The translations under genes and the position numbers were made by a program. This document shows positions 41,643-50,849 of a stretch of 64,000 nucleotides of DNA, in pieces. This stretch comes from an uncultured Gammaproteobacteria bacterium. Lineage in GTDB: Bacteria > Patescibacteriota > Microgenomatia > Levybacterales > GWA1-39-11. The notes beneath the pieces are model-generated. The model did not search any database. It was not told the origin of the DNA and saw only the letters and a list, made by a program, of their open reading frames with translations. The stretch spans positions 12,545-76,544 of the forward strand of contig CAZHDZ010000005.1 in the NCBI GenBank assembly GCA_964531275.1, in the 5' to 3' direction. Each line of letters opens with the position of its first letter. Within the stretch, counting starts at the first letter, position 1.

Positions 41643-43769
41643 ATGGCACGTCTTTCGTACCAACAATTGATAGACAAACATTTAGAGATCTTAAGATCAC
41701 TTCAGTATGATTCTGGTCTTTTTTCAGCAGCAGATCGTACTGTAAGTACAGGGTACGACAAATCCTGGCTACGTGATAATTTTTACGAAACAATTGCTTT
41801 TGAAGTAATTAACGATTGGACAACTGTTGAAAAGACGTATAACGCAATTCTTGAAATACTCATAAAGCATGAAGATAAAATAGATTGGGCTATTGAGAAT
41901 AAGCCAACAGAATCTTACCAATATATTCATGCACGATTTCATCCAACAACTTTTGATGAATTTTGGGAGTCATGGGGGAATAAGCAAAATGATGCCGTTG
42001 GCTGCATACTCTTCCGAATAGGCGAGCTCGAGAAGCATCATAAAAGGGTAATTCTGAAAGATGATGACCATATAAGAATTGTTAATAAACTTATCCAATA
42101 TCTAGAAGTAATAGAGTACTGGAAGGACCGTGATAGTGGTATGTGGGAGGAAGATGAAGAGCTGCATGCTTCATCGGTTGGAGCATGTGTTGCTGGGCTT
42201 GAGTCGATTGGTAGAATAGAAAAAATTGAAGTTCCCAAGGATTTAATTGATAAAGGTAAACAAGCATTGCGTGATCTTTTGCCACGAGAATCATCCAGAA
42301 AATTTGTTGATCTATCATTGCTGTCACTAATATGGCCTTATAATGTCGTTACAGACGAAGAATCACGCGAAATACTAACAAATGTTGAATACCATTTATT
42401 ACGCGAGCGAGGGGTGATCCGGTATAAGGGGGACGCCTATTACAATAAAAATGTTGATACTGTAAGTGAAGAAGCTGAATGGACTTTTGGACTTGCCTGG
42501 CTTTCTATTATTTATAGTAAACGAGGAGAAAAAGATAAAGCATTTTCCTATATTAAAAATCTAATAGCCTCAGATACGCCGCAAGGAATTCCCGAGCTGT
42601 ATTTTTCAAATTCTCCAGAATACAACGACAATACTCCTCTTGGCTGGTCAGAATCTCTTTTTATTGTTGCTCTTTATGAAATGGAAAGAGAGCAAGGAAA
42701 TATTATTGACATCAATGAATCTTTAACGGCTCCGGATTTACTGCCTACTTCGGAAGCTCAGTTATCTCTAATAACTAGAGAGTCTTTGCACGGAAAAGAA
42801 GTGGGGAAGTTTGATGTGAGGTCAGTTAAAAAGCAACTTATCGATTCTGAGGGACAACAAGTTTTTGCTGTAGATATTGGCGGGGATAAGATTGCGGGGC
42901 AAATATACTCAGTTCATGATGGAAACGTCAAGTCTAGCGGGGAGTTGATGGTGCATAAGAGTGACGGAGGACAAGGATATTTAGTTTTTCTTGAAGAAGT
43001 TGCCAATCAAGCGCTTACTAAAAACCTTCGTGTGGGAATCTCATTTGCCGGTCCATTAGAAGGTACAGTCCTTCAAAAGGGTCCAAATGTGGGAGAATTT
43101 GAAAATGAATTTGAAGCTATGTACCAGAGGGATTTTGGTAAGTTATTTTCACACCCAACGGTCGATAACGATGCAGTTGCAGGCCTTAAAGCAGGTGCGA
43201 TTGAAGCACTAAATGCCTTCCCCGAAGTTGAGAATGTTCTTTATATAATTTCAGGAAGTGGCTTTGGTGCTGCACTATTGAATAATGGGGATATTTTTGC
43301 ACTAGAACCAGGGCATATACCACTTTCTGAAGACCTAAATACTCATCGGCTAGATAAACCGTGTGGAGTCTTTGAGAATGATAAGCCGTGTTTGGAAATG
43401 GTTGCTTCTGGTAAGGCAGGAATTGAGACAATCTATAAAAAAATAAGAGGTGAGCGTGCAACGGGTCAAGAAATTAGTGGTTTAGCCCAAAAGCAAGACG
43501 AGACATCTCTGGGTCTTTATGATGAATCAGCCCGAGCAACTGCACTTATAGTAAGGGGTATAAGTGATGTATTTTCCCTCCATGATAATCCTCAAAAAAC
43601 AGCAGTTGTTTTTCATGGTGGGGTATTTAATGTCCCCGGTTATACTCAGAGATTAGAGCAGTATTTTGCTCGAGAGATCCCCGTACCAATACAACTGATA
43701 TATACAAAAAAGATGAAAAATAATGCTTGTCTTATAGGAGCGGCGATAGCAGCTGTGACCGGATCATAG
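41643..43769 (+). CDS. Fusion protein: N-terminal GH15-like (glucoamylase/glucodextranase-type) hydrolase domain + C-terminal ROK-family sugar kinase domain
   Basis: N-terminus: GYDKSWLRDNFYE (GH15 'W.RD' motif) in a ~360-aa domain. C-terminus: ROK/glucokinase signatures FAVDIGGDKI, DNDAVAGLKAG (DNDAN.AALGE-like), ISGSGFGAALL, and Zn motif EPGH.......CGV....PCLE. Confidence 0.6.
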   Translation: MARLSYQQLIDKHLEILRSLQYDSGLFSAADRTVSTGYDKSWLRDNFYETIAFEVINDWTTVEKTYNAILEILIKHEDKIDWAIENKPTESYQYIHARFHPTTFDEFWESWGNKQNDAVGCILFRIGELEKHHKRVILKDDDHIRIVNKLIQYLEVIEYWKDRDSGMWEEDEELHASSVGACVAGLESIGRIEKIEVPKDLIDKGKQALRDLLPRESSRKFVDLSLLSLIWPYNVVTDEESREILTNVEYHLLRERGVIRYKGDAYYNKNVDTVSEEAEWTFGLAWLSIIYSKRGEKDKAFSYIKNLIASDTPQGIPELYFSNSPEYNDNTPLGWSESLFIVALYEMEREQGNIIDINESLTAPDLLPTSEAQLSLITRESLHGKEVGKFDVRSVKKQLIDSEGQQVFAVDIGGDKIAGQIYSVHDGNVKSSGELMVHKSDGGQGYLVFLEEVANQALTKNLRVGISFAGPLEGTVLQKGPNVGEFENEFEAMYQRDFGKLFSHPTVDNDAVAGLKAGAIEALNAFPEVENVLYIISGSGFGAALLNNGDIFALEPGHIPLSEDLNTHRLDKPCGVFENDKPCLEMVASGKAGIETIYKKIRGERATGQEISGLAQKQDETSLGLYDESARATALIVRGISDVFSLHDNPQKTAVVFHGGVFNVPGYTQRLEQYFAREIPVPIQLIYTKKMKNNACLIGAAIAAVTGS

Positions 43770-43822
43770 CTCTTGACTTATAGCTTCCAATTCCTGCATC
43801 ATAGTTAAGTAAGGTAAATAAT

Positions 43823-45475
43823 ATGGATCCCAAATTGCTTTCTGCTCTTGCTAAGGTTATTGAGGGAGACGTTGTAACAGATTCTACAACTCTAACTGAA
43901 TATAGCCATGATGCATCGCTTTTTGAAGTCCGACCTCAAGTTGTTGTTTTTCCAAAAAATATTTCCGACCTCCAAAATCTTGTTAAATTTGTTGCGGAAA
44001 ACAAAAAAGAACACCCTCATTTGTCTCTCACTGGAAGGTCTGCTGGGACTGACATGGGGGGAGGATCAATTAACGATTCTATAATTGTAAGTTTTACCAA
44101 GTACTTCAATGCAACACCTGTAATTAATGACAGGACCATTACGACCCAACCAGGTGTCTATTATCGGGATCTTGAAAAGATAACAACAAGAGAGGGTCTT
44201 CTCTTTCCCTCATATCCGGCCTCTCGAGGGCTTTGTGCGATGGGAGGGATCGTAAATAACAACTCGGGAGGAGAAAAATCTTTGCAGTATGGAAAGACAG
44301 AGCGATATGTAAAGAAAATAAAGGTTGTTCTGAGAGATGGGAACACTTATGAAATTAAAAAAATTACAGAAGCAGCACTTGAGAAAAAGATGGAGCAAAA
44401 GGACGTAGAAGGGGAAATCTACAGAAAAATGTACAAACTGATAAAAGATAATTATGACCTCATTATGGATGCAAAGCCACAAGTTTCCAAAAATTCAGCA
44501 GGATATTCACTATGGAATGTATGGAATAAAGAAGAAAAAACCTTTGATCTAACTCAGTTGTGGGTTGGTGCTCAAGGTACTCTTGGACTTATGACCGAAG
44601 CTGACATAGAACTTGTTCCTATGCACATGCATAGAGAAATGGTCATTCTTTTTCTTCATGATCTAAAGCATTTGGGTGAAATAATCAATATCGCGCTTCC
44701 ATTTAAGCCAGAGAGCTTCGAGTCATATGACGACAATACTTTAAAGCTTGCACTTAAGTACTTCCCAGAATTTGCAAAGCAATTGGGTGCTAAAGGATTT
44801 ATTGGTAGCGGAATTGCATTTTTCCCAGAATTTATGATGGTGATGAGAAGTGGGCTGCCAAAGCTAGTTGTACAAATTGATTTTACCGGCAATGATCCTG
44901 AAGAACTAAAGCAAAAAGTGAAAGATCTTAAAGCTAAGCTTGCTCCATTGCATCCACAACTTAAAGTTGCAATTGAATCGCAAGAAGAGAAGTATTGGTT
45001 AATTCGACGAGAAAGCTTTAACTTGCTCAGAAAGAAAATAAAGAATAAGCATACCGCTCCATTTATCGATGATTTTGTTATAAAGCCAGAACATATTGCA
45101 GAAGTCATGCCTCAGGTGAATAAAATTATCCAGAAGCATAAAGACTTTATATATACAGTTGCAGGACATGTTGGAGATGGGAATTTCCACATAATTCCAC
45201 TCGTTGATATCACTAAAAAGCACATTAGAGATGCTATACCTCAAATTTCAAAAGAGGTATACGAACTTGTAATTAAATATGGAGGGTCCATAACTGGTGA
45301 GCATAATGATGGGCTTGTAAGGACGCCATATTTAAGGCAAATGTATGGTTCTAAAGTGTATGAATTATTTGTGGAGACAAAGAAAATATTTGATCCAGAG
45401 AATATGTTCAACCCTCGAAAGAAGGTTGGAGTGACAATGGATTATTCCATGGAGCATTTACGCATGACGTGGTAA
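43823..45475 (+). CDS. FAD-linked oxidase (FAD_binding_4 / GlcD-like dehydrogenase)
   Basis: PQVVVFPKNISDLQNLVKFV...LTGRSAGTDMGGGS (FAD-binding PCMH domain) plus a C-terminal FAD-oxidase_C domain. Confidence 0.8.
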   Translation: MDPKLLSALAKVIEGDVVTDSTTLTEYSHDASLFEVRPQVVVFPKNISDLQNLVKFVAENKKEHPHLSLTGRSAGTDMGGGSINDSIIVSFTKYFNATPVINDRTITTQPGVYYRDLEKITTREGLLFPSYPASRGLCAMGGIVNNNSGGEKSLQYGKTERYVKKIKVVLRDGNTYEIKKITEAALEKKMEQKDVEGEIYRKMYKLIKDNYDLIMDAKPQVSKNSAGYSLWNVWNKEEKTFDLTQLWVGAQGTLGLMTEADIELVPMHMHREMVILFLHDLKHLGEIINIALPFKPESFESYDDNTLKLALKYFPEFAKQLGAKGFIGSGIAFFPEFMMVMRSGLPKLVVQIDFTGNDPEELKQKVKDLKAKLAPLHPQLKVAIESQEEKYWLIRRESFNLLRKKIKNKHTAPFIDDFVIKPEHIAEVMPQVNKIIQKHKDFIYTVAGHVGDGNFHIIPLVDITKKHIRDAIPQISKEVYELVIKYGGSITGEHNDGLVRTPYLRQMYGSKVYELFVETKKIFDPENMFNPRKKVGVTMDYSMEHLRMTW

Positions 45476-45513
45476 TAATAACGATACTTTCTTGTCGGAG
45501 CAAGTATCCCAAC

Positions 45514-45575
45514 TCTGCCGGATTGCACTCCCCGTATTCAAAATTTCGTTGCATTTCACTCATCTCTCATACATC
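45514..45575 (+). repeat. Intergenic element copy C
   Basis: ctgccggattgcactccccgtattcaaaat...tcactcatctctcatac parallels copy A ctgccatgtctcactccccatttactaaaat...tcacccactctac. Lies about 40 nt after the stop at 45475. Confidence 0.5.
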
Positions 45576-45644
45576 CGCGCATAACCGCCACTTTTATTGT
45601 TATTAAATTTTCCTTGAAATGACGAAACCCCCAAGAATGAAAAA

Positions 45645-45857
45645 GTCTTTCTTAGCGTAGCCAAGAGATAAATTGAGAATCAATTTTTCTTACACGTAGT
45701 CAAGAAGTAAATTCTGAAAGAATTTCTTCTTATACGAAGCAAAGCGCAGCTTTGTGAAGTAAAGAAATTGTCTTTCTTAGCGTAGCCAAGAGATAAATTG
45801 AGAATCAATTTTTCTTACACGTAGTGAAGAAGTAAATTCTGAAAGAATTTCTTCTTA
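45645..45857 (+). repeat. Two 88-bp direct repeats (45645-45732 and 45770-45857; 1 mismatch) in a 698-bp intergenic region upstream of the OmpR-type response regulator
   Basis: gtctttcttagcgtagccaagagataaattgagaatcaatttttcttacacgtagt(c/g)aagaagtaaattctgaaagaatttcttctta occurs twice. Each copy contains the reverse complement of the CTTGGCTACGCTAAG 15-mer seen upstream of hxlR, and multiple TTCTTAC heptamers. Confidence 0.85.
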
Positions 45858-46118
45858 CAATTTTCTTACCTATTCTTACAATTTCATTAACCTTTCAAAA
45901 CTAACATGTATGTATGTCACAAATACGACATCAAAGACACTATCAAGCAATGTATATTCCTAAGTCACAAAGACAAAAAGAGAAGTCATTTTTAGGAGTA
46001 GCATTTGAAGTCGAGAAGCCAGTACATAACCTTGTAAAGAGTTTTTGGAATGTTCTGAGCTCACCGGTTGATCCTGTGAGCAGAAAAAACTAAATTTAGG
46101 GGCACAGACAGGGTGATT

Positions 46119-46151
46119 TGACAGGCATGTTGTACAATGATATGCCTGTCA
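46119..46151 (+). promoter_or_regulatory. Perfect 10-bp inverted repeat TGACAGGCAT-N13-ATGCCTGTCA overlapping a TTGACA hexamer, 23 bp upstream of the RR start
   Basis: tgacaggcat (46119-46128) and atgcctgtca (46142-46151). ttgaca at 46118-46123. Candidate operator or promoter of the response-regulator gene. Confidence 0.5.
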
Positions 46152-46173
46152 TTTATCCTCTTGAAGCATAATT

Positions 46174-46839
46174 ATGATATATAAAGTTTTAGTAGTTGAA
46201 GACGATCCGAATATTCGGGAATTTCTATTAGATGCTCTTAAGGAGTCTGGTTATAGTGTAACCGGAACACCCGATGGTGCAAAGGCCATTAAGATGGTTA
46301 AAGATGCCAAGCCAGATCTTGTAGTTCTTGATCTTGGACTAGAAAGTATAGCGGGTGAGACGGTATGCGAAGAGGTTAAGAAAATGCACCCGGATTTGCC
46401 AATAATAATTCTTACGGCAAAAAATACCTCCCGTGAAGTCGTGAGGGGATTTGATCTTGGAGCAGATGACTATATTTCAAAGCCATTCGAAATCGATGAG
46501 CTTTTGGCTCGCGTCAGAACAAGGCTTAAGCAACAGGGAACTCCAGTCCTTGAAATAGGAGATTTAACCGTAAATACCTCAACATATGATGTAAAAAGAG
46601 GGAATAAAGATATTCCGCTTACTGCAAAGGAATTTAAGCTACTTGAGTATCTAATTATTAATAAAGGGGCAGTTCTTTCTCGGGAAGCAATACTAGACCA
46701 CATATGGCTATACTCACCCGAAATAGAAAGTAGAGTAGTTGATGTATATATCGGATACCTCAGAAAAAAAATTGACTCAGGGCACGAGCAGAAGCTTATA
46801 AAAAGTGTGAGAGGCTTTGGATATACAATCAGAGAATAA
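46174..46839 (+). CDS. OmpR-family response regulator (REC + winged-helix)
   Basis: VLVVEDDPNIREFL...DLVVLDLGL REC domain with conserved Asp. C-terminal trans_reg_C (LTAKEFKLLEYLIINKGAVLSREAILDHIW). Confidence 0.9.
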   Translation: MIYKVLVVEDDPNIREFLLDALKESGYSVTGTPDGAKAIKMVKDAKPDLVVLDLGLESIAGETVCEEVKKMHPDLPIIILTAKNTSREVVRGFDLGADDYISKPFEIDELLARVRTRLKQQGTPVLEIGDLTVNTSTYDVKRGNKDIPLTAKEFKLLEYLIINKGAVLSREAILDHIWLYSPEIESRVVDVYIGYLRKKIDSGHEQKLIKSVRGFGYTIRE

Positions 46840-46840
46840 A

Positions 46841-48118
46841 CTAGGCAGCTGCGTTAATAGCAGCCCTCATCATTCGTAGTACCTCTCTCGTTTCTTGTAT
46901 CGGTAGAACTGTCATTCTCCCAAATCTATCGCTATTAATTCCTCGATGCGTTAGTGCATATGTTTTGCCAGAGGCTAGTACAATTCCATATTCTGCGCTA
47001 AGTTCTGTGACAAAATTTTCATAACCCCCATCAAATACTAAAGTAGGGGTATCTTCATGTGTTGGAAGGGTTGATATTCTTAATTCCTCAGCTACATTCA
47101 TTGTGAATTCTTTTCTTTTTCTGGTTTCCTTTCGCATGGGTTCCAGAAAAGCCTTAAGGCTTTCAGGTTCTAATACGTAATTAAGGATGTCAAGTTTTGG
47201 ATCTGCATAATCAAGCGGTCTTCTGACGCTATCGTATTTTTTTCCTTCTTCAGGTGACATTATTCCAGTACCGACTTTTGTTTTTGCCATGCCTTTGCCT
47301 TTCGATCCAGAGTCCAGGTAGATTACATTTGGGAATTCTTTTGTGAAATGTGCGGGTGAGAATTTGTCATCAACAAAATCACCATAAGCTCCGTCAATTA
47401 TTACTGGGATTCCTAGCTCCGCGCATGTTCTGACTATTTCTCTTTGACCTTCATATGGAAGTATATCTCCTGTTGGATTATTCGGAGTATTTAAATACAC
47501 AATTTGTCTATCCTCTTCTCCGTTTTTCATTCTTCCAATTCTCTTTTTCGTTTTAAGCCATTTAATGGAAGGGTCTATTCTTTCGGATAACGGTTTGTAG
47601 AGAGATGACTCTTTGGGCCCATCAAGAGGACCATATCTGAGAAATGAATTTTCTGGATTAGCACCTCTTAATCTAACAGCGAAGTTAACAAGGTTTGGGA
47701 AGCATGGGCCTAGAGTGAGTATGCGAGTAGTAGTAGGTGGATTAGGCATTGCCCATACTAAGCGCTCTAGTATTTCATCGCTTCCACCTGCACTAAACAC
47801 AACATAGGGACTCTTTCCTAAATCATAGCGATCCCTAACATATTGTTCTGCCTGAGAAAGATCTACCTCTGCGTAATCCCCGTCTCCCAGGTAAAGTTCT
47901 TCTAAAGCCTTTCCTTTTTTTAGGGATCTCAGATATTTATGGGCAGTTTTTGGTGCCCCCAATCCAGTAACCCCGTGATTAACTTTTTTTTCTGGCACGT
48001 CTGTAGGAAGAGGTGGTGATCCCAGATAGGTTTCGGTTGGAGGTTTTGCCTGCAAGCCTTCTGTTTCGGGGAATGAGTTAGGCAATGCTGGTTGTCCGCC
48101 ATTTTCAACGACTGCCAT
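46841..48118 (-). CDS. PLP-dependent aminotransferase, class I/II fold
   Basis: NTPNNPTGD motif and SGSKGKGM (PLP-Lys). Has an N-terminal P-rich extension. Confidence 0.7.
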   Translation of the reverse strand: MAVVENGGQPALPNSFPETEGLQAKPPTETYLGSPPLPTDVPEKKVNHGVTGLGAPKTAHKYLRSLKKGKALEELYLGDGDYAEVDLSQAEQYVRDRYDLGKSPYVVFSAGGSDEILERLVWAMPNPPTTTRILTLGPCFPNLVNFAVRLRGANPENSFLRYGPLDGPKESSLYKPLSERIDPSIKWLKTKKRIGRMKNGEEDRQIVYLNTPNNPTGDILPYEGQREIVRTCAELGIPVIIDGAYGDFVDDKFSPAHFTKEFPNVIYLDSGSKGKGMAKTKVGTGIMSPEEGKKYDSVRRPLDYADPKLDILNYVLEPESLKAFLEPMRKETRKRKEFTMNVAEELRISTLPTHEDTPTLVFDGGYENFVTELSAEYGIVLASGKTYALTHRGINSDRFGRMTVLPIQETREVLRMMRAAINAAA

Positions 48119-48195
48119 ATTACGCGTATTCTACAACAATTATCCTATAATGAGCAAATTTGCAATATTTTTGTTGAGTGTTACACTAGTGCCAA

Positions 48196-49434
48196 ATGCC
48201 ATACGTTGTTTCTGACAAGATACTCTTTTTATCCGAAGCAAGTAAAGTTCTTTCATCATCTCTTGATTATTATGTAACGCTTGGGACCGTAGCTGAGCTT
48301 ATCGTAACTGGAGTTTCTGATTTCTGTATTATCGATATTTTTGATGGAAGGAAAATGTCTCGGGTTGCAGTAAGAGTTGCGGATCGAAAAAAACAAAAAC
48401 TTGCAGATAAAATGTATGAATTCCTCCCAAACCCGTCTAATAAGGAAGCTATATATGACACTGCCAAAAATAGCAAGACCGTTCTAATAAAAAAAGCTAC
48501 CCCATCATGGCTCAAGAAAGTATCAAAAATAAAGGAAGAACGCGAGACTGTACAAAAATTAGGTCTTAACTCACACCTATTTGTTCCGCTAATTAGTCGT
48601 GGTCAAACAATTGGTGTTTTGACAACTGCGTCAATGGACCCAAAGTTCTCTTATTCAGAAAATGATCTACCATTTATTGAAGAATTAGCAAATAGAGCTG
48701 CAGCAGCGGTTGATAAAGCTAGGCTTTATTTAGAAGCGCAAAAGGCATTAAGAACCAGGGACGAATTTTTATCAGTAGCGTCTCACGAGCTTAAAACGCC
48801 TTTGACATCAATCCTTCTTAATATACAGGCAGTTATAAAAAAAATTCAGAAAACTGAAAGCGATTCTCCCGAGATTAGAGAAATTATAAAAATGCTAGAG
48901 CTAAGTAGTAGGCAAAGTCATAGAATGGCAAGACTTATCAATGATCTCTTGAATGTATCGGTGGCATCAACCGGAAGGCTAAAAATAGAGAAGGAAAAAA
49001 TAGACTTGGTAGCACTTACAAAAGAGGTTATTTCAAGCTTTAAAACGCGCTTGAGAGAATCCAAGATCCAAGTGGTAGTAGATATGGACGATAAGATTAT
49101 TGGGATGTGGGATAAAATCAGGATAGAGCAAGTTATCGCAAATTTGTTATCCAATGCGATCAAATATGGGAAGGGGAAGCCAATTCTAATTACAGTTAAG
49201 AAAAAAGGGGAAACCGCTCATATGCGTATTAAAGATAATGGAATAGGAATTAAAAAGGTAGATCAGGAAATGATATTTGAGCAATTTAAAAGAGCAGTTG
49301 ATTCAAAAGAATACTCTGGGCTTGGAGTAGGTCTTTATATTTGCCTACAAATAGTAGAGGCCCATAAGGGAAAGCTTTCTGTGGAGAGTAAGGCTGGAAA
49401 TGGTGCGTCTTTTATTGTAGATCTCCCTCTTTAG
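48196..49434 (+). CDS. Sensor histidine kinase with N-terminal GAF domain (soluble)
   Basis: GAF-like N-terminus; H-box SHELKTPLTSI; HATPase_c (N-box LLSNAIKYG, G-boxes DNGIGI and GLGVGL). No TM segments. Confidence 0.85.
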   Translation: MPYVVSDKILFLSEASKVLSSSLDYYVTLGTVAELIVTGVSDFCIIDIFDGRKMSRVAVRVADRKKQKLADKMYEFLPNPSNKEAIYDTAKNSKTVLIKKATPSWLKKVSKIKEERETVQKLGLNSHLFVPLISRGQTIGVLTTASMDPKFSYSENDLPFIEELANRAAAAVDKARLYLEAQKALRTRDEFLSVASHELKTPLTSILLNIQAVIKKIQKTESDSPEIREIIKMLELSSRQSHRMARLINDLLNVSVASTGRLKIEKEKIDLVALTKEVISSFKTRLRESKIQVVVDMDDKIIGMWDKIRIEQVIANLLSNAIKYGKGKPILITVKKKGETAHMRIKDNGIGIKKVDQEMIFEQFKRAVDSKEYSGLGVGLYICLQIVEAHKGKLSVESKAGNGASFIVDLPL

Positions 49435-49449
49435 TGCTATTATTCCCAA

Positions 49450-50253
49450 ATGTTTGAAATTCCAAAGCATAACGAAGCTGTAGCTTATGAAGTTGCAGAT
49501 GGCATAACCCAGATGACTGTAGGTAATGACGGGTGGGAAGGGACCGGTACTCCAAATTTCTATATTGTGGAAGGGAGAAAAAGAGCTGCAATTATTGATA
49601 CCGGAATGGGAACAGAGCAAGAAATCCAGTTGTTTGCTGACACTTGGCAACGGATTGGAGCTCCCCCAATTGGATTGGTGGTTGTGACACATTCGCATTT
49701 TGACCATGATGGTGGGGTTGAGGCTATAGAAAAAATAGCTGAAAGTAAGTCTCATGGAGGAAATGGAACAGCGTTAAAGCGTCGAAAGTTTGATTTGGGA
49801 GGAAGATCTTTGGAAATTATTCCAACTCCTGGGCACACCCAAGATAGTCTTGTCGTGAGGGACACGAAAACTGGAGTGGTGTTCACTGGTGATACAGTAA
49901 TAGGGGCAGATTCAGTGCTGGTATCGGCGGGAATACGGAATTATGTCAATAGTCTTGAAAGAATTAAAGAAATGCAGCCTACATTACTTCTATCCGGACA
50001 TGGACAACCGATTTTCAATGTTTCAGAAAAAATAGATACATATACAGAGAGGGTCATAAGGCGTGAACAGGGCATGGTTAGGCTCATCGCAAGGGGTGTT
50101 AGTAGTGTGCATAGCTTGGTTAAAGGATACTATGGGTATTTCGGAAGCGCAGCCGAAATCACTGCGCAAGCACATATAGATAAGCTTATTGGCGAGGGAA
50201 TAGTTGGTTATGACCCAAATGGAAAGTTGATTTTAATGAAAAATATAGGGTAA
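49450..50253 (+). CDS. MBL-fold metallo-hydrolase
   Basis: VVVTHSHFDHDGG (HxHxDH) plus downstream His. Confidence 0.8.
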   Translation: MFEIPKHNEAVAYEVADGITQMTVGNDGWEGTGTPNFYIVEGRKRAAIIDTGMGTEQEIQLFADTWQRIGAPPIGLVVVTHSHFDHDGGVEAIEKIAESKSHGGNGTALKRRKFDLGGRSLEIIPTPGHTQDSLVVRDTKTGVVFTGDTVIGADSVLVSAGIRNYVNSLERIKEMQPTLLLSGHGQPIFNVSEKIDTYTERVIRREQGMVRLIARGVSSVHSLVKGYYGYFGSAAEITAQAHIDKLIGEGIVGYDPNGKLILMKNIG

Positions 50254-50263
50254 GATTAAATTC

Positions 50264-50848
50264 GTGACTTTCTTTGCCTACAATTTTTCATGGATGCTTT
50301 TTAACGTTGTTCTTGCATTCATTCCAATATTACTCGTAGTAGTTCTAAGGAGAAGGCTTAATATTTTTGTACATCTTATTGTCTTTTTCTTTTGGCTTTT
50401 ATTCTTGCCCAACACAATTTATCTCATAACTGATCTTCAGCACTTACCTTATCAGCTTTTCAGAGTAGGAATGGGAGAGCAGCTTATTCTTCTTGTACAA
50501 TTCTCTGTCTTAACAGCGTTTGGTGTTATGACATACGTATATTCGCTAGAGCCCATTGCTCTCATATTTAAAAGGCTCCGATTCCCAGAAATAAAAAAAG
50601 AAATTTTGTATATTGTCCTTAATTACATCATTTCTTTTGGCGTTATTTTGGGTAAAGTCCAACGAACTCACTCTTGGTATATTTTTACTGAGCCGAGTAA
50701 AGTAGTGCGGGATATATATTTAACCTTGACCAATTTGGAATTACTTACGTGGGTTCTGGTATTTGGATCAATAGTAAATGTACTGTTCTTTCTATTTAAA
50801 GACTATTTTCCTCCCCTCAGAAATACCGACAAGAAAAAGAAAAAATAA
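50264..50848 (+). CDS. Hypothetical integral membrane protein
   Basis: Several TM helices; K-rich C-terminal tail. Confidence 0.45.
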   Translation: MTFFAYNFSWMLFNVVLAFIPILLVVVLRRRLNIFVHLIVFFFWLLFLPNTIYLITDLQHLPYQLFRVGMGEQLILLVQFSVLTAFGVMTYVYSLEPIALIFKRLRFPEIKKEILYIVLNYIISFGVILGKVQRTHSWYIFTEPSKVVRDIYLTLTNLELLTWVLVFGSIVNVLFFLFKDYFPPLRNTDKKKKK

Positions 50849-50849
50849 A

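Noticed and set aside
45645-45857. Possible CRISPR array (the long repeated units in the big intergenic region)
   Set aside because: There are only two 88-bp copies separated by 37 bp. There is no regular repeat-spacer periodicity of the 24-48 bp type, and no cas genes nearby. It fits a duplicated regulatory or ncRNA segment better.
46118-46146. Canonical -35/-10 promoter TTGACA-N17-TATAAT upstream of the response regulator
   Set aside because: TTGACA is present, but the hexamer 17 bp downstream is TATGCC, and the good TACAAT is only 9 bp away. So a standard sigma70 promoter is not supported. The palindrome is reported instead as a candidate operator.
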